Below are positions 7,900-11,644 of a DNA stretch of 11,644 nucleotides, in pieces. The DNA is from Tubiluchus corallicola (lineage: Eukaryota > Animalia > Priapulida), in NCBI GenBank assembly GCA_030141605.1, contig JAQGDQ010002174.1:1-11644 (forward strand). Direction: 5' to 3'. The number at the start of each line of letters is the position of its first letter. The stretch's first letter is position 1. The notes below the pieces were generated by a model. The model saw only the letters and a program-made list of their open reading frames with translations, did not search any database and was not told the DNA's origin. A program made the translations under genes and the position numbers.

Positions 7900-9024
7900 T
7901 CATTTTGCTGAGTTTAAAAATCGCTTGCGGTAAGTTTACCCGAGCGCATGGAAATCGATGGACACTACGAACAGTTTTAACGAGAGGTTTATTGATGCTG
8001 TCCATTCGGAGACCACACTAACGAGTTTTTGGCTGAGTAACCTTGTAAGTAGTGATTAAACGGAAGTCGTCCGCAAACTGTGTAATTATTGTGCGACTGC
8101 CTTCCTGTTCTTTCATATTTTTCTCTGCAGCTTCTTTAAGATGGGATTAAATCAGCCATAAAAATTATAGGTAAGAGAAGGTCACCCTGGAAAACACCTT
8201 GTTTAAACTAGAAGTTGTTGCTGAGCTATTTATACATGGAAGTTGTACCAAATAAGCTTTTATACACCTTAGTGTAGGGGCTTGCGGCCCGCCGAGAGAA
8301 TTTATGCGGTCGCGAAGAGATTTGTCAACCTAATGAAAGTGCGGTCGGGGCGATTAATTGAGTGTATCCAGCTGAAGTCCGTGCCACGATCCCAAAGATA
8401 GTGCGGGTAGTTTTTTCTACTAGATCGGATGCCATTAACCCTTACAAGACGGTTGTAGCTTAATGTCACTGTACTACACAGACTGTGTGATACACAATAC
8501 TAATATGCATTGTAATGAAATTACCACTATCTGTCCTGAAAGTAGAAATATATGGTTTGTAATATAAATTTTAATAACTTCTAAAATAGTTTATTGAGTG
8601 TAGTAATAACGATGTAAGCAGGTCGGATGCAAAAAAAAATCGTTATTAGGCCCTTCTGTACTTGGCTCCTTGATCAAACTGCCTGTGGCCCGCAGGAATT
8701 GTGGGAAAGTTTAATGTGGCCCGGCTAGTCAGATAATTTGCACACCTCTACCTTAGTGTATATGGTAACACAGCATCAAGCATTGAATGAGACTTGAACA
8801 GGATGTGGTCAATGCTGCCAAATCATTTGCTAGGTCAAACAATGTGGTCTGCCTTTTTATTTGGCCAGGCATCATTTTGCTGCCCAATTGATTCTTTACA
8901 GACTGGCTAGGACATCCTCCTCCAGAATCATCCCTATAACATGTCTCTTGATAACTGGTTGACTTTTTCTTCCTTGTGTTATTGCTGTTTGCGATGCTCA
9001 AGAGAATTACTGGTGTTTCTCATG
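7900..9024 (-). pseudogene. Decayed non-LTR reverse transcriptase fragment (probably R2/NeSL/Hero group), interrupted by a MITE
   Basis: Colinear RT motifs: FDLAN/(frameshift)FGSIDH near 8840-8805, GVFQGD at 8198-8181, FNPIL, and FADDF at 8077-8063. Stops and frameshifts present. Clade assignment is from motif wording only. Confidence 0.8.
8275..8750. mobile_element. Non-autonomous hAT (Charlie-like) MITE, 476 bp, inserted in the RT fragment
   Basis: Exact 8-bp TSD CCTTAGTG at 8267-8274 and 8751-8758. Termini TAGGGG / CCTCTA; subterminal G(C/T)GG(C/T)C repeats. The paralogous empty site at 11418-11425 has a single target copy. Confidence 0.88.
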
Positions 9025-9504
9025 TTTGCTTGAATTTTTACCTGTTCCAAATTTGATTTTTTTATAGTTTTCACTTTTTCTGTTGTAGCAGACGTATATA
9101 TTTTATTTGCTTGAATTTTTACCTGTTCCAAATTTGATTTTTTTATAGTTTTCACTTTTTCTGTTGTAGCAGACGTATATATTTTATTTGCTAGAGTTTT
9201 TATCTGTTCCAAGTTTGATTTTTTTTATAGTTTTCACTTTTTCTGTTGTAGCAGACGTATATATTTTATTTGCTTGAATTTTTACCTGTTCCAAATTTTA
9301 TTTTTTAATAGTTTTCACTTTTTCTGTTGTAGCAGACGTATATATTTTATTTGCTTGAATTTTTACCTGTTCCAAATTTCATTTTTTTATAGTTTTCACT
9401 TTTTCTGTTGTAGCAGACGTATATATTTTATTTGCTTGAATTTTTACCTTGTTCCAAGTTTGATTTTTTTATAGTTTTCACTTTTTCTGTTGTAGCAGAC
9501 GTAT
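9025..9504. repeat. 81-bp tandem array, about 5.9 units
   Basis: Unit starts at 9025, 9106, 9187, 9269, 9350 and 9431. One unit is 82 bp because of T-run slippage. Confidence 0.95.
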
Positions 9505-9653
9505 GTTTTATGTAGCTATAGACTTTCTCTTCATGTAGAAATTCCCTGCGTTGTTATTGATCATTTTGTTCAACAATTGATTGGCTGATAATGTATGCTG
9601 CTAGAGCCGAGCTGATTGATTGGTATCTTACGATCTCTCTATTCAGGCATTGA

Positions 9654-9830
9654 AAACTGACTACATTAATACATGGCTTTGCATCTGACGATTTTGGCAA
9701 AGGGGTGATCTTATCTTCAGACAAGGATAGTAACTGTGATCATATAGGTGCTAATAATTACAGAGCCATTATGTTGTCACCTGTACTATGGGAATTATTT
9801 AAATGTATTCTGTTAACCTTAATGTGCTAA
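9654..9830 (+). pseudogene. Fragment of a second, unrelated LINE ORF2 (N-terminal part of the RT domain)
   Basis: Translates KLTTLIHGFASDDFGKGVILSSDKDSNCDHIGANNYRAIMLSPVLWELFKCILL, resembling the HGxVPxxF...NYRxIxLxPxxxKLFE block of APE-type LINE RTs (NYRAI at 9756-9770). No Met, so absent from the ORF track. Confidence 0.7.
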
Positions 9831-10999
9831 CGTGAAACTGTGTAAAATGTCAAATGCTCCTAGACCCTTCCACTGATTATAATTGGTGCACGAACATTCT
9901 GTATAGTGTTTGCAAACTGCCTCCTTCTAAACAGGCTAACGTCAATTGCACTTACATCATAAGTGCCAGCAAAAAGCTTAACAAACCGAGTAAAAGTGTA
10001 GGCGGAATACAATGGAATGTCAGACCAATGCAAACGTCATTGCAGATTCTATGCGAGAATCACCAAAAATGCAACCTACAATCAATTCGTAGACGCTCTT
10101 CTTGGTTGAGGCGTCCCTAAATGTGACCTCGTCGTCGTGAAGCCCTGTTTGTTCTCTTTCGTAATAACTCTATATCTCCTGTCCAGAGTCCCCACCAGGC
10201 AATGCTATAATGTTTCTACAGGCTTCTTCTCCGAAATTTCCAAGAAAATCCGTACTTGGGTCCGGATGAATGCCCGTTACGGGTCGCTGTTGCCCTCCCA
10301 CAAATTCTAAATATGCCTATAACACACTTCGCTGAACTGGAGAGTATCCAACCACACCATATGAGCACCAGACCAGACCCATCACCAGTCTCCAGAAGTA
10401 AGCGGTACAAGTTTTGCAAAAAAGGGTCATCTTTGGAGGTTTTTCGCTCCCCGTTGTTCCTGGTGGCCCCAATTTGAAAATTAAATGGTCAAAGAGACGA
10501 CACTAGATCAAGACCTTTCGTTTGATATATACATCGCCAAGAGTGGTGCCATCATCCGAGCTGTAGCCTCGAATATACAAGTCCCATACCACTGCAATTA
10601 ATATGTACAATGATGATTCAAGAATTTACGATAAAAGTCTATTTTTTTATTTTTATGTAATCAAAAGCATCTTTATTTTGGAAAAAAGGAATAAGGAAAT
10701 CGGAATCCAACATTTTATGTGGCAACTTCCCCAGTTACAATATTGAAGTTTGTTGAAGAGTTGGGATTGTTAATGCCCATTACTGAAATAGTTAGTTTTC
10801 CCGAGATTACACAAATATGACAACACTGGGAAAAGAAAGACACGACACGGGGCTGCATCAGCTTGGGGCCTGGATTAAGGCAACTGACGTCACTGGTTTA
10901 AGAGCCACATACGTGAAGAAGTAGGGCTCCTTCCGCTAGTCAAGACCGACTGAGAAAAACTGCAGCATCAGAGATCCGAAATTCTGCCAGATTTTTGTC

Positions 11000-11064
11000 A
11001 CGACACTGCATCATAGTATGTTTAGAAGAAGTTACGACACGCATCATAGTATATTTAGAAGAAG
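11000..11064. repeat. Imperfect two-copy direct repeat of about 32 bp
   Basis: ACGACACTGCATCATAGTATGTTTAGAAGAAG (11000-11031) versus ACGACACGCATCATAGTATATTTAGAAGAAG (11034-11064). Confidence 0.85.
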
Positions 11065-11154
11065 AAGATTTTGATCTTTAAATGCTCGTATGTATGTGAT
11101 ACACGTACCCTTCTGCATAGCTGACAATAAAACATCATTTATTATATTACCCTG

Positions 11155-11582
11155 CATGAGAAGCACCAGTAATTCTCTTGAGCATCGCAAACAGCAATAA
11201 CACAAGGAAGAAAAGGTCAACCAGTTATCAAGAGACATGTTATAGGGATGATTCTGGAGGAAGTCCTAGCCAGTCTGTAAAGAATCAATTGGGCAGCAAA
11301 ATGATGCCTGGCCAAATAAAAAGGCAGACCACATTGTTTGACCTAGCAAATGATTTGGCAGCATTGACCACATCCTGTTCAAGTCTCATTCAATGCTTGA
11401 TGTTACGTTACCATATACACTAAGTTGTATGAAAATAAAAAAAAATGATGCCTATTTGGTACAACTTCCATGTATAAATAGCTCAGCAACTACTTCTACT
11501 TTAAACAAGGCGTTTTTCAAGGTGACCTTCTCTTACCTATAATTTTTATGCTGATTTAATCCCATCTTAAAGAAGCTGCAGA
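11155..11582 (+). pseudogene. Inverted second copy of the decayed RT fragment, lacking the MITE
   Basis: Reverse complement of 9024-8751 plus 8274-8124. ORF-track peptides 8753..9001(-) and 11178..11423(+) are near-identical. GVFQGD at 11509-11526. Confidence 0.92.
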
Positions 11583-11644
11583 CAAAGCCTATTTGGTACA
11601 ACTTCCATGTATAAATAGCTCAGCAACTACTTCTACTTTAAACA
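11450..11644. repeat. 137-bp-period tandem duplication of part of the RT fragment, running off the window end
   Basis: 11587-11644 repeats 11450-11507 (GCCTATTTGGTACAACTTCC...TTTAAACA). Confidence 0.88.

Noticed and set aside
8753-9001. Paired 81-82 aa ORFs (also 11178..11423) as a novel duplicated protein
   Set aside because: TTG starts, and only part of the frame matches RT motifs; explained by the frameshifted RT pseudogene.
9854-11238. ORFs 9854..10120, 10216..10419, 10256..10477 and 11044..11238
   Set aside because: No recognisable domains or splice-supported structure; lengths are compatible with chance.

Overview
AT-rich metazoan (non-prokaryotic) DNA. The 5S-like sequence resembles lophotrochozoan 5S rRNA, which is an inference. 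The left half holds a three-exon, 311-aa class A GPCR gene on the minus strand (CDS 3399-3215, 2391-2290, 2002-1354). Two copies of a 5S rRNA-headed SINE with an RTE-LINE tail and 12-bp target-site duplications bracket it. One copy is long and 5'-truncated, with a structured middle body containing a duplicated GGCGGAGGA-stem-loop-CAACGGC module. The other is short, with a complete 5S head and the middle deleted. The rest of the window is repeat-dense: tandem arrays of 28 bp (x15, higher-order structure), 107 bp (x15, internal hairpin), 81 bp (x~6) and a nascent 137-bp duplication; two hAT-type MITEs with 8-bp TSDs; a CR1/L2/Crack-type LINE 3' end; and decayed RT fragments, one present as an inverted pair. 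There is no CRISPR array or prokaryotic system. The most novel-looking element is the 5S/RTE SINE family and its RNA structure.
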